Shown piece by piece: positions 28,323 through 41,561 of a stretch of DNA of 64,000 bases. Source of the stretch: Eledone cirrhosa (taxonomy: Eukaryota); NCBI GenBank assembly GCA_964016885.1, contig OZ024742.1, forward strand, positions 169,508,001 through 169,572,000. Reading direction: 5' to 3'. Both the position numbers and the translations under genes were made by a program. Under the pieces are notes generated by a model. That model did not search any database and was not told where the DNA came from. It saw nothing but the letters and a program-made list of their open reading frames with translations. The first letter of the stretch is position 1. Every line of letters begins with the position of its first letter.

Positions 28323-29372
28323 AACCAAAAAATAAGGATTCCTTGAAAGCCTCTCTGAAAGACGCTAACATCTCTGCTGATACATGGGAAAATATTGCTG
28401 CTGATCGTAATAAATGGAGAAAGACTGTATATAATGGAAAAGTTGCCTTTGAGGCATCTCGAATCGCACATGAGAAAGTAAAGCGGGACGTGAGGAAGGG
28501 CATTGCTGTTGCACTTCCAGACGGCGAGGGTCCTCCTATGGTGCTGACATGCAGCGTCTGTGCGAGACTCTGCCTAAGCAAAGCTGGACTCGAAAGTCAT
28601 CTTCGCAGTCATAAAGTAAGACCAGTGGTTGACTACCAGGCTGCTGTTGGAGATGCTACTCATCATGCTTGCCAAACATGTGGTAGAGAATGTAAATCAG
28701 CAGGAGGGCTCAAGCGACATGCAAAAGTACACAAACTCCAACCACAGCCGACTATTCCCAGTGAATGTTTTGGTTGCCGACTCTGTGCAAGACATTTTAG
28801 ATCATTGGCTGGGCTAAAAAGCCACATTCGATCGCAGCACTGTTAGTTGCTATCGTGTGTGTGTGTGTGTGTGTGTAGACATGCTTATGTGCGTGCGTGT
28901 GTGTGTATATATATATGAATATGTATATTATTATTGTTGTCGTTATTATTATTATTGCTATTATTCATGCTTTCCAGCATAGTTACGTCCCTTTACGATC
29001 TGAGTTCAAATCCCGCCGAGGTTGACTTTGCCTTTCATCCTTACGGGGTCGATAAAATAAAGTACCAGTAATGCACTGGGTAATTGCTGGCCTTGTGCCT
29101 AAAGTAGAAACAATTATTATTATTATTATTATTATTGTTATTAATGTATATGTGTGAGTGTATGTGTATGTATGTGTGTATGTATATATGTATGTATGTA
29201 TATATATATATATTTATTTTTATTTTTTTATTTTTTTTTTTATTTATTATTATTATTATTATTTTTTTTTAAATTTATTATTTTTTTTTTAATTTATTTA
29301 TTTATTTATTTTTTTTTTTTTTTTTCTTCTCGTGCAATGGCCATACTCGATAACGAGGGGGCAGCCATCATA
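28323..29372 (+). mobile_element. RTE LINE 3' end with three C-terminal C2H2 zinc fingers; 3' UTR interrupted by microsatellites and a SINE
   Basis: KDSLKASLK..TWE..AADR.KWR RTE tail, then CSVC..H..H, CQTC..H..H, CRLC..H..H (stop at 28846); terminus tggccatactcgataacgag..gcagccatcat(at)n. Confidence 0.85.
28965..29115 (+). mobile_element. Octopus OK-like SINE fragment
   Basis: tctgagttcaaatcccgccgaggttgactttgcctttcatcc..ggggtcgataaaataaagtaccag; same motif at ~51270, ~51500, ~62320, ~62778. Confidence 0.7.
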
Positions 29373-29510
29373 TATATATATATATATATATTAAAAATAT
29401 ATATATATATTAAAAAATATATATTAAAAATATATATATATATATATATATTAAAAATATATATATATATTAAAAAATATATATTAAAAATATATATATA
29501 TATATATATA

Positions 29511-30631
29511 TTAAAAATTAACCTGGCTAAGACTAAAGTTCTAGTTTGTAGGAAAGAAAATAAGGCGGCAGTCCCATCTGGGAAATGGCCATGCTCAGTG
29601 TGTAGGAAAGGCGTAGGTAGAAACTCCATTTTATGTCCCAAATGCAAAGTATGGGTGCATAAAAGATGTAGTGGGATCACAGGTAAGCTAACTAAGAACA
29701 TAGATTTTACATGTGGCCGGTGCTCTGGTGCAATAAGTAGCAGCAAGTGCCCACAAAATACTAGCTCCTTCAACTGCGCAGAGGGTTCTATAGAAATAGT
29801 GGACAGCTTCCGTTACCTGGGTGACAAAATCAGCAGTGGGGGAGGGTGCTCTGAAAGTACAGTAGCTAGAGTCAGAACTGGATGGAAAAAGTTCAGAGAG
29901 CTTATACCACTATTAGCTGCTAGAGGGTTCTCCCTAAAAATGAAAGGCAGGTTATACGATGCCTGCATACGAACAGCAATGCTGCATGGCAGTGAGACCT
30001 GGGCATTGTGTGCAGAGGATATACGCAGACTAGAGAGGAACGAAGCTTGCATGCTCCGCTGGATGTGCAATAGTAATATACGTGAACGGCAAAGCATAAA
30101 CGGTACTCAGTAATAGAGAAGACCCGCCTTACCTAAATACAAAGTAAAAACCTACTACAGTCAGTAGGCATCTCTATCAAAACACCCCCCCGTCCCACCA
30201 CCTCCACCCCATCCACACCGCCCCTTTCAATGTACAGTTATGTTGGTCCCACAGCATCCAGGCCGAAACAAATGAGATCGTGTAGGTGTCACGACAAAAA
30301 ACACACAGTCCACGCTGTAAATGTGGCCGTGTAGGCAACACGGTAAAAACCTCCCAGCCCCACACTGTAAATGTGGTTGGTGTTAGGAAGGGCATCCAGC
30401 TGTAGAAAACCCGCCAGACTGTTCACGCTGTAATGTGGCCGTGTAGGCAACACGGTAAAAACCTCCCAGCCCCACACTGTAAATGTGGTTGGTGTTAGGA
30501 AGGGCATCCAACTGTAGAAAACCCGCCAGACAGTCCTATGCGAGCAAGACAACCACTTTTGCCTCAAGTGGGAAAACCCCCGTCCAAACCCATGCAAGCG
30601 TGGAACATGGACGTTAAACGATGATGATGAT
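29511..30631 (+). mobile_element. RTE family A, 5'-truncated, with internal deletion and duplicated UTR module
   Basis: PHD and C-terminus; deletion at ~30100; ~115-bp tandem duplication in UTR (30310/30424). Confidence 0.9.
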
Positions 30632-30770
30632 ATATGTATGTATATATATATATATGTATGTATATATATATACATTTGTGTATATATGTGAATGAGTATA
30701 TATACATATGTAGTTTATTATATAAACAAAAAACAGAGAGGCAGTACAAATGATATGGTTTTTAGTTTCA

Positions 30771-30838
<68 letters not shown>

Positions 30839-30875
30839 ATATGTATATGTGTATGTATGTATATATGTGTATATA

Positions 30876-30927
<52 letters not shown>

Positions 30928-31013
30928 GAAGGAGTTGTGGTAAACAACCAGATGGACCAAAACGTACCAGAGTACTCAATACTTAGGGTAGTAGAGTTGG
31001 TAATAGGAAAAAG

Positions 31014-31085
31014 TATGACCCTGACAGCAGAGCTCAAGCCGTCGAGACGGCTTGAGCTCTGCCGTCGGAGTCATACCTTTTCCTA
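31014..31085. repeat. ~35-bp-arm hairpin related to the PLE terminus at 777-825
   Basis: taggaaaaagtatgaccctgacagcagagctcaagccgtc ga gacggcttgagctctgccgtcggagtcatacctttttccta. Confidence 0.85.
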
Positions 31086-31095
31086 TATATATATA

Positions 31096-31240
31096 TTAGC
31101 AGTGGTACACGGCGTTGCACGGGATAAGTTAATATCTTTAGACCGCAAGTTTGAAGTCAATCGGAGTAGAAATGTGGATTTGTATAGACTTTGCAAAAAT
31201 GAGGACACACACACACAGACAACATCAGTTATATATATAT
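31096..31240 (-). mobile_element. Short non-autonomous Helitron-like element
   Basis: Minus-strand 3' end cccgtgcaacgccgtg..ctgCTAA (subterminal hairpin plus CTRR); gtctgtgtgtg near the 5' end. Confidence 0.55.
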
Positions 31241-33460
31241 AAATATAAAGGAAATGAATATAAAGAGTTTAAAACCGTTAAAACATGTTTATATAATTGT
31301 GCACCTACGTACGTTTCGGCCTTAGTGGGCTTATCAAGGGCATGGAAAGCAAATTAATGTTCAATATAGGTCCCAGGAGGGAATTTACGGTTAAATGAAC
31401 ATCATCATTCATTTTCTGCGTCCATGTGTTTTTATTACCACAGAGCAGGGAGAGTAACTCTGGCCAGTGTTCAAGCAATCAGTCCCATGTGGATTTTAAT
31501 GCCTGTTCATATGCTGGTGTTTAGCATCTTTATGTTATGTGTATTGTTTCACTAGTGCCAGTACAGGTCATGTCTGGAGTGTCCATTTATTATTTAGTGG
31601 ATGTTGCTCCACTAATGTGTGTTCGAGTATGGTCTGCGGTGTACATTAGGTTCACATATGTTCATACTGCGTGCCCACTGGGGTGTTATGGTTCGGGCAG
31701 GAGGACCCAGTTCGTAGTTTTCATGTCACAGTCGCCTCCCAGGCAAAATACAACGCCTGTACCTGGTGTTTACAATTAATAACTGATTTTGCTTGGCTGT
31801 TTAAGAGCTCCTGGGGTGTTCTTATGATGTAGTACAGCTCCATGAGGCAGAGCTGGCATTCCCCCGCCCCCCCTGAAGTTGTAGGGTGCAGCCCTACTGA
31901 CAATATCCCAGTGTGTGGAGAAGCTTATGTTGGCGTCTTGCAATGTGGTGACGTAGTTGGCAAGCGATGTGGAGTGCCTTAATTTTTTGTTCCTGAAAGA
32001 GTGGAGATGCGTCCTAAATCTCGTTTTAAACTGGCCAGAGGTGGCTCCTATATAGTGTTTAACTCCGCTATGGCTAGTTACGGTGCACCTATAAACAACC
32101 TTATCAGTCAGGCAGTTTCCCCTGGGGGGGCAGCCTCCCCTGTCACGACAGTTGCATTTTCCGTCATGGTCGCCCCCAGTTCCTAAAGTAAAGCTATTAC
32201 TATTGCTATCCATGTTGTTATCTATGTCTCTAACTCTGTCATTGATACTTTTATCTCTCAAGGCGTGCGGTGTTGTACCATTATTATTCCACATGCCGCA
32301 GCCCGTTCTGCTGCCGGTGGGTGACGCGTGTGGGTCGCCGGTATATTCTCCAATCATGCTCTGGTTACGTGGGTTTCGTCTGCCGGAGCGGCCATCAACC
32401 CTATTATGTGCTGTTAGGGGGATGTTAAGGTTATTAGTGTTGTTGTCATATCTAGATGTTGTTGTCATATCTAGAACCAAATGATATTACGGTGGCGTTT
32501 CCGCTTTACAGTTGGTTTGCTACAGGTTGTGCTTCCTAGTTGACAGTGCTTACGGTTGTTCCTGTGCTGTAGCCGGTTATTCGTCCCCATTACTTTATGT
32601 TCAGGGGTGAGGGCGCCTTACCTCTGTACTTTCTATGTGTGGCTGGGTGCGGGTTGGAGGGTGTTGGTAATAGGCTTCCGCAGTTGCTGGTCTTATCGTT
32701 AGGGAATGACTCTAATAGGCGACAGGGGGTGGCGCTACCAATCGGGTAACACTTACCATACTGTCGGTTGTCTTGGTCGCCACTCATGTAATTAACGGTG
32801 TGGCCAAGTTTCTTAGCGTGGTTCTCTATACTATAGTTCTTGACGCTGTCATGGCTGTAGCGTGCTCTGTTATAGGTATGGCTCACTATAACATTAGTCC
32901 TACGTTGGGGTTGGTTTCTAGAGCTAGCATTAAGGATGTAGGATATTTTCCGGTTAAAACCTGCATTTAGTAAAGCCTTATTATAATATTCAGCCGCCTG
33001 GTTGAAGATATCTTCATTGGCGGAGAGCCTCGAGATCCTATGGGATATGCTATATACTATGGAGTTGAGGGTAGACTTAGGGTGGTTAGAAGCATAGTTT
33101 ATATAGAACAGGATCTCACCGGGCTTATGGTATGGCTTGTATAGGCCCGTACTCAACTCCAGGGTTACATCTAGGAAATTGACTATTTGGTGGTTGAGGT
33201 CCATGGTCACTGATAGGCTTAAAGAACCTGTGTATGCGCTTGTTAAGGTTCTCTATCCTGCAGGGGCTGTGGCTTCACACGGTAAACAGGGCATCGTCCC
33301 TATATACACCGCCCTGTAGGGCCAGTATCTCGTCCCTAATTCTATGGAGGAGGTATATCCCGATCAGGTCGGTTATTTGCGCCGAGTCACTGGACCCCAT
33401 CGTGATATCAAAGTTATCAGGACGGTTGGTTCTGGTCCAGTAGGAGCCATCAAACTTGAT
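31241..33460 (-). mobile_element. Naiad-type PLE, 5'-truncated and internally deleted
   Basis: FDITMGSSDSAQ, YRDDAL, NFLDVTL, ASNHP, RKRHRNIIWF, CNCRDRGGCP, VVYRC..YIGAT..FKTR..H, CQLCLME..LLN..CKH. Confidence 0.9.
31300..31344 (-). ncRNA. Minimal type I hammerhead ribozyme, U3-A8 core variant
   Basis: Minus strand: tgcccc-TTGATAA-gccc actaa ggcc-GAAA-cgtacg-TA-ggtgca; palindromic stem III ACGTACGT; lies in the PLE 3' pLTR on the PLE sense strand. Confidence 0.7.
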
Positions 33461-33487
33461 ATATATACATGTATATATATATATATA

Positions 33488-33547
33488 TCATCATCATCAT
33501 CATCATCTTCGCTTAACGTCCACTTTCCACGCTAGCATGGGTTAGAC
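33488..33547 (-). mobile_element. Ultra-short RTE 3' end insertion (terminal hairpin plus tail)
   Basis: Reverse complement gtctaacccatgctagcgtggaaagtggacgttaagcg..(GAT)n. Confidence 0.75.
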
Positions 33548-34290
33548 ATATATATATATGTGTGTGTATGTATACATATGTGCGTATGTGTATGTTTGAA
33601 TGTGTGTATGCATGAGAGCATGTGTGTGTGTATATATATATTTATATATGTATGTATGTATATATATATATATGTGCGTATGTATGTACACATATTTGTA
33701 TGTATGTATATATATATATATATATGTGCGTATGTATGTACACATATTTGTATGTATGTATATATATATATATGTGCATATGTATGTGTATATATATGTG
33801 TATATATTTGTATATGTGTGTATGTACCATTATGTATGTTTGTTGTGTGTGTGCATGCATGTATGTGTGTAAGTGGACGAGTGTGTGAATGTGCTTGTCG
33901 TCACTTGGAATATATATTAAGAGAAACTTCACAATAAGGGGAATCACCCCAACACTTGAATCTGTTGATGGAACCCTTTCTGCCTTTGTCACCCTTATTC
34001 CAGCCTTAAAGAATTAGCTTTTAAAGAATTTCCCTTTTCTTTAAACCATTGAACCCCACCCATCCTGTAGACACCTGTCTTAAGTGATAAACTAGGATTG
34101 GTATTCCAAATATGATTTGGTTTACAGTATTCTTCCTGCCTTTGTTAATACTATAGCTTTAAAAAATTAGCTTTTCATGAACTCCCTTTTCTTTAAATCC
34201 TTCAACCAATGGCCTCCACCCATCCCAATCCCCACCCCTCCTACCACCAGAAAAGAAAAGATATAAATACCACTACTTACTTGGACAGCC

Positions 34291-34341
34291 AGCTCCCTGA
34301 TGATTTCTCATGAATGAAACAGTTCTAGTCCTGTAGAAGCT
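34291..34341 (+). ncRNA. Hammerhead ribozyme motif in a probable solo PLE pLTR remnant (~33900-34423)
   Basis: agctcc-CTGATGA-tttc tcat gaat-GAAA-cag ttctagtc ctg-TA-gaagct. Confidence 0.7.
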
Positions 34342-34426
34342 CTTCTATATTAAAACTTTTATACTCTGCTATGTATTGAGTACCTTACTTACTGTGGTTA
34401 CCTCTGATTCAACCCGGAATAACTTA

Positions 34427-34458
<32 letters not shown>

Positions 34459-34462
34459 CATA

Positions 34463-34725
34463 CAAGGTGGTCGTGGAGGTGCCACGGCAAAAAAGCACCC
34501 AGCCCACACTGTAAAGTGGACGTGTAGGCGCCACGAAAAAGCACCCAGCACTCACTGTAAATGAGGTTGGTGTTAGGAAGGGCATCCAGCTGTAGAAATC
34601 AAGCCAGATCAGTTCCTGTATGAGCAAGGCATGGTCAGCCGACCAGACACTGCCCACAACAGGACAACCCGTCTAACCCATGCTAGCGTGGAAGAACGGA
34701 CGTAAAACGGTGATGATGATGATGA

Positions 34726-34728
<3 letters not shown>
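34463..34728 (+). mobile_element. RTE family B, 3' UTR-only insertion
   Basis: Essentially identical to 17500-17763. Confidence 0.92.
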
Positions 34729-34759
<31 letters not shown>

Positions 34760-35780
34760 CCAAGAAAGTTTAAATTTTGCTATTTTTATAGTTATGTAAT
34801 AGTTTAATTAAACTATTATTTATGGTATCTATATGAAATGGGACATTTTATCTAGCCCAAATTGTCATGGTCGTGGTTTGATTCCTGTGTCTTTGAGCAA
34901 ACTATTATATTTTACGTTGCTCCAGTCGGCAAAAAGAAATTATATCTGTAATTTAAAGAGTCGGCTTTGTCACACTAAATCTCTCTGAGAATTACACCTG
35001 CCTGTAAAGTGCTCAGCCCCTTGCACATTAATTTCATGAGCAGGCTGTTTTGTGGATCCAACAACTGGAAAACTCGTCGTCGGAACCGACGGAATTCAAC
35101 TTTATATATCGATATGTGTGTGATTTGTAACATTCTTGATCTATAACCCGGTGTTGAAACATATTGTTGTACTTTGGGAGGGTCATACAGCTAATAAAAC
35201 ACAGACAGACACACACACTAGTTGAGTTTCACGTCGGCTTTATTATTAGGTAACTAATCTATTCATCTTATCGTTTACTAACCAGAGGGTTATTTAATCA
35301 TCAAAGCTCATCAATCACACATTCTGTGACCTTCTCGGTTACTATTTTGTTCTCCATTTTGATTTGATTTTAGTTACTCCATATTATTTTGTTTAGTTCA
35401 TTTTATTTTAATGATAAGAATGGAGATAGTTAATTGATAGATTGGAATGAGATACACAACAAAATGTTTGTAGACTATTTGTACTTGAAACCTGTTGGCT
35501 GATAATTCACTATTCTATGTACTTGGTCATTTCATCTTTACTTTAGAAACATTGGACATAGTTCTTCTCTCCTATGGTCAATTCTTCTCTTCCGCCTTTC
35601 CTCCTCTTTTTGAATGTTGTTATCAGTTACTACTATGACTGTCTATGATTTAATGAATTGATAACTGATAAAAAAACAACAACAAAAGGATAACCTAGTT
35701 AGATAACCACTAAATCATCTGTTATGTAGAGAATGTAAGCCATTACCATATTACTCATAAAATACATCATCGTTATTTAA

Positions 35781-36001
35781 CCCTTTAGCATTTAAACCAG
35801 CCATATCCGCACAGAATTCTCTCACCTCTTTCTGTTCAAACCGGCTGTAAGCAGCCGCTCATACCAATGTTACGGTATTGTTCTCAAAATAAATAATATC
35901 AAAATCTCCTAGATTTGATATTATGTGAGATAATAATGTAAGATAAAGCCTTTACCACAAAAGTACAATAGTAAATATAGAATAATGTAAATGCTAAAGA
36001 G
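35781..36001. mobile_element. piggyBac-like MITE
   Basis: TTAA-ccctttagcattta ... taaatgctaaagag-TTAA. Confidence 0.7.
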
Positions 36002-36716
36002 TTAATGTCTGTTTTCCTTGCTAGCAAAGGTTGAAAAGGTCTTCACAAAATTTCTTTGTCACTCTCAATTCTTACATAAAAACATTTTCAAGGATTTATA
36101 CATTTTATTTAAAACCCCAGATAAATTTAGAAAAATGAAACAGTTTATAGAATATTTAATAAGATTTTGATTTTGGTTCCATTTTCTTAACATTTCCACT
36201 TTATGCTCAGTCTCATTGTGCAACATATGAGACAAATGACTTCTACTATTGTCTTGAGTTGGTCAATGCCTTGTGAGTGGAAATTAGTGATAGGAAGGGT
36301 ATCCAGCCATAGAAAATTTACCAAACAAAGGATTATGAGGACTCTTCAATTGTGTCAGAGATATGATAACCTCCCTAGTGTCAGTCATCTACACGATAAA
36401 CACAGAGCAATACGCTCTGTGAATTTGTTGGTGATAGGAAGGGCATGTATATATTTACATACACAAATATACATATATATAAATATACACAAACACACAC
36501 ATATCGACAGTCGATTGACTTTCGTCAAATCAGACCAAGGAAACAATGTTTCCATTTGTCTTTCTAATTGCTAATACTATCTATTGGTTGCATCTCCAGG
36601 TAGAAGGAGCAATGTGAAATAGTGTCTTGCCCAAGAACATAACGCATTGCCTAGCCTAGGAATCAAACTCAAAATTGCGGATTAAATTCTCTAACCTCTC
36701 AGCTACACACCTTTAT

Positions 36717-38182
<1,466 letters not shown>

Positions 38183-41100
38183 TAGGAATCATGGTAGCAG
38201 AAAAGTGGGCGGATAAGATAATAGACGTAAATAGAGTGAACGACAGAATAATTAAAATACGACTTGTCCTCAATAGAACTACGGTGACAGTAATATCTGC
38301 GTACGCACCCCAATCCGGACTGCCCGGCACTATAAAAGACAGATTCTATGAGACACTGATGCTCACTACCTCCCAAATATCTGACAGTGACTATATAATT
38401 ATTGCAGGCGACCTAAATGGTCACGTTGGGCAACATTGTGACGGCTACGATGAAATCCATGGAGGCTATGGGTTTGGTACTAGAAATGAGGAAGGCTCCA
38501 GAATCCTGGAATTCTGTGATGCAAATAACCTAACTATCTGTAACACTAACTTCAAAAAACGTGACAATCACCTGATCACCTATAGATCCGGGGAACACAC
38601 AAGCCAGGTAGATTATATCCTTACCAGAAGACGTGACAGAGTGTCTGTTGTAAACACTAAATCCCTCCCCCATGAAGAATGCACCTCCCAACATAGACTG
38701 ATAATTAGCGACCTCATAGTCAGGACGAGACGTACTCGACAGCAGAAGAGGACTATCCTCAGGAGAAAAATATGGAAGCTAAAGGACCCCACAGCCAAAA
38801 ATAAATTTCAAAACATATTACTTGATGCTTTCGACAGTAAGGAAGAACATTTAGAGTCGGACAATATAGAGGGACAGTGGGAATTTCTGAAAGCAAACCT
38901 GCTGTTGGCCACAGACGAAGTCTGTGGCTGGAGCAGGCCTGTAGGCAGGAGGAGAGTAACATGGTGGTGGAACAGTAAGGTGGAGGGGTCAATTAAGGCC
39001 AAAAAGCAGGCTTGGAAAGTATGGCGGGATGGGGGAAGTAGAGTAGACTATAAAGTGGCCAGGAGGGAAGCTAGGAGAGAAGTGTACTTAGCAAGAAGGG
39101 AAGCTGAGGAAAGAAAGTTCAAGCATGTCCTACAACGCGATGACCAAAAACGTGAGGTGTTCAGGATTGCTAGGCAATGCGTCAAGGAAAACCGTGATAT
39201 TGTCGGGGAGAAGTGTGTACTTAACGATGATGGCATACTTGCCATCACCGACACTGATAAGAAGGTAGCTTGGAAGTGTCACTATGAAAGGCTACTAAAT
39301 GAGGAGAATAAATGGGAGAAAGACAGTCTCCCCCATGTCGACCCAATAGAGGGACCAGCAGTGTTAGTCGAGGGGAGTATAATAAGTAAGGCAATCAAGG
39401 ATATGAAGACAGGTAAGGCGGCTGGGCCTTCGGAAATAGTTGCTGAGATGCTGAAGGCATCTGGCACGGTGGGACACACCATGGTCACCCACATAGTTAA
39501 CCAAGTCGTACAGAATGGGGTTGTTCCGAAGGACTGGCATAGCAGCATCATCGTTAACTGTTATAAGGGTAAAGGAGACGCCCTAGATAGGAGTAACTAT
39601 AGAGGCATTAAATTAATCGACCAGGTCATGAAGGTCACAGAAAAAGTAATAGCGCAACTAATCAGAGAGAGAATTGACCTAGATGAAATGCAGTTCGGGT
39701 TTGTGTCAGGCAAAAGTACCACAGACGCTCTTTTCATAGTACGACAACTACAGGAGAAGTACCTAGCTAAAGGTAAACCCCTCTACTTAGCTTTTGTCGA
39801 CTTGGAGAAAGCCTTCGACAGAGTCCCCCGCTCCATTATCTGGTGGGCTCTTAGAAAACTAGGCGTTGACGAATGGCTTGTGAGGGCTATACAAGCCATG
39901 TATAAAGAAACAGTCAGCAAGGTTAGAATTAACAACGAATATAGTGAAGAGTTTAGCGTAAAAGTTGGCGTCCATCAGGGCTCTGTTCTCAGCCCCCTAC
40001 TATTTATTATTGCCCTTCAGGCTATAACAGAGGAGTTCAAGACAGGCTGCCCATGGGAACTCCTATACGCAGACGACCTGACACTCATAGCGGAATCAAT
40101 GGCCGAGCTAGAGAAGAAATTCCAAACATGGAAGCACGGCCTAGAGTCAAAAGGACTTAAAATTAACCTGGCTAAGACCAAAGTTCTAGTTTGTAGGAAA
40201 GAAAACAAGGCGGCGGTCCCTTCTGGGAAATGGTCGTGCTCGGTGTGTAGGAAAGGCGTAGGTAGAAACTCCATTTTGTGTCCTAAATGCAAAGTATGGG
40301 TGCATAAAAGATGTAGTGGGATCACAGGTAAGCTAACTAAGAACATAGATTTTACATGTGGCCGGTGTTCTGGTGCAATAAGTAGCAGCAAGTGCCCACA
40401 AAATACTAGCTCTTTCAATTGCGCAGAGGGTTCTATAGAAATAGTGGACAGCTTCCGTTACCTGGGCGATAAAATCAGCAGTGGGGGAGGGTGCTCTGAA
40501 AGTACTGTAGCTAGAGTCAGAACTGGTTGGAAAAAGTTCAGAGAGCTTATACCACTATTAGCTGCTAAAGGGTTCTCCCTAAAAATGAAAGGCAGGTTGT
40601 ACGATGCCTGCATACGAACAGCAATGTTGCATGGCAGTGAGACCTGGGCATTGTGTGCAGAGGATATACGCAGACTAGAGAGGAACGAAGCTTGCATGCT
40701 CCGCTGGATGTGTAACAGTAATATACGTGAACGGCAAAGCATAAACGAACTAAGGAAAAAATTAGAGATAAGAGGGATCAGATGTTGTTTACTCGAGAGA
40801 AGGCTACGTTGGTATGGACACGTGATGCGCATGAAAGTCGATAGCTGTATAACAAAGTGCAGGGCAATAAAGATAGACGGTAGCCACGGAATAGGCAGAC
40901 CTAGAAAAACCTGGGACGAGCTGATAAACTCCGACCTCACACACTTACACCTCTCCAAGACAATGTCACTGGACCGAGACCTTTGGCGGTACTCAGTAAC
41001 AGAGAAGACCCGCCTCTCCAAGACAATGTCACTGGACCGAGACCTTTGGCGGTACTCAGTAACAGAGAAGACCCGCCTTGCCAGTAGGCATCTCTAACAA

Positions 41101-41455
41101 AATACACCCCGTCCCACCACCACCACCCCCACCCCATCCACACCACCCCGTCCTATGTAAAGTTATGTTGGTGCCGCGCCATCCGGGCCGAAACAAATGA
41201 GATCGTGTAGGTGTCACGACAAAAAAACACACAGTCCACGCTGTAATGTGGCCGTGTAGGCAACACGGTAAAAACCTCCCAGACCCACACTGTAAATGTG
41301 GTTGGTGTTAGGAAGGGCATCCAACTGTAGAAAACCTGCCAGACAGTCCTATGCGAGCAAGACAATCACTCTTGCCTCAAGTGGGACTACCCCCGTCCAA
41401 ACCCATGCAAGCGTGGAACACGGACGTTAAACGTTGATGATGATGATGATGATGA
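38183..41455 (+). mobile_element. RTE LINE family A, longest copy (5' part of APE missing)
   Basis: APE motifs [30 protein letters not shown]; RT; PHD; 3' UTR; (GAT)n tail. Confidence 0.95.
38191..41097 (+). CDS. RTE ORF: APE endonuclease (partial) + reverse transcriptase with inserted PHD finger
   Basis: 968-aa uninterrupted ORF; YADD; C-x2-C-x10-C-x2-C-x4-H-x2-C-x14-C-x2-C at 40237-40368; ~63-bp tandem duplication at the C-terminus. Confidence 0.9.
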   Translation: MVAEKWADKIIDVNRVNDRIIKIRLVLNRTTVTVISAYAPQSGLPGTIKDRFYETLMLTTSQISDSDYIIIAGDLNGHVGQHCDGYDEIHGGYGFGTRNEEGSRILEFCDANNLTICNTNFKKRDNHLITYRSGEHTSQVDYILTRRRDRVSVVNTKSLPHEECTSQHRLIISDLIVRTRRTRQQKRTILRRKIWKLKDPTAKNKFQNILLDAFDSKEEHLESDNIEGQWEFLKANLLLATDEVCGWSRPVGRRRVTWWWNSKVEGSIKAKKQAWKVWRDGGSRVDYKVARREARREVYLARREAEERKFKHVLQRDDQKREVFRIARQCVKENRDIVGEKCVLNDDGILAITDTDKKVAWKCHYERLLNEENKWEKDSLPHVDPIEGPAVLVEGSIISKAIKDMKTGKAAGPSEIVAEMLKASGTVGHTMVTHIVNQVVQNGVVPKDWHSSIIVNCYKGKGDALDRSNYRGIKLIDQVMKVTEKVIAQLIRERIDLDEMQFGFVSGKSTTDALFIVRQLQEKYLAKGKPLYLAFVDLEKAFDRVPRSIIWWALRKLGVDEWLVRAIQAMYKETVSKVRINNEYSEEFSVKVGVHQGSVLSPLLFIIALQAITEEFKTGCPWELLYADDLTLIAESMAELEKKFQTWKHGLESKGLKINLAKTKVLVCRKENKAAVPSGKWSCSVCRKGVGRNSILCPKCKVWVHKRCSGITGKLTKNIDFTCGRCSGAISSSKCPQNTSSFNCAEGSIEIVDSFRYLGDKISSGGGCSESTVARVRTGWKKFRELIPLLAAKGFSLKMKGRLYDACIRTAMLHGSETWALCAEDIRRLERNEACMLRWMCNSNIRERQSINELRKKLEIRGIRCCLLERRLRWYGHVMRMKVDSCITKCRAIKIDGSHGIGRPRKTWDELINSDLTHLHLSKTMSLDRDLWRYSVTEKTRLSKTMSLDRDLWRYSVTEKTRLASRHL

Positions 41456-41527
<72 letters not shown>

Positions 41528-41561
41528 TATATACATATATATATACATATATATATATATA

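Noticed and set aside
40017-41021. Antisense ORFs over RTE and CR1 RT regions
   Set aside because: Shadow frames of the coding strand with no recognisable motifs
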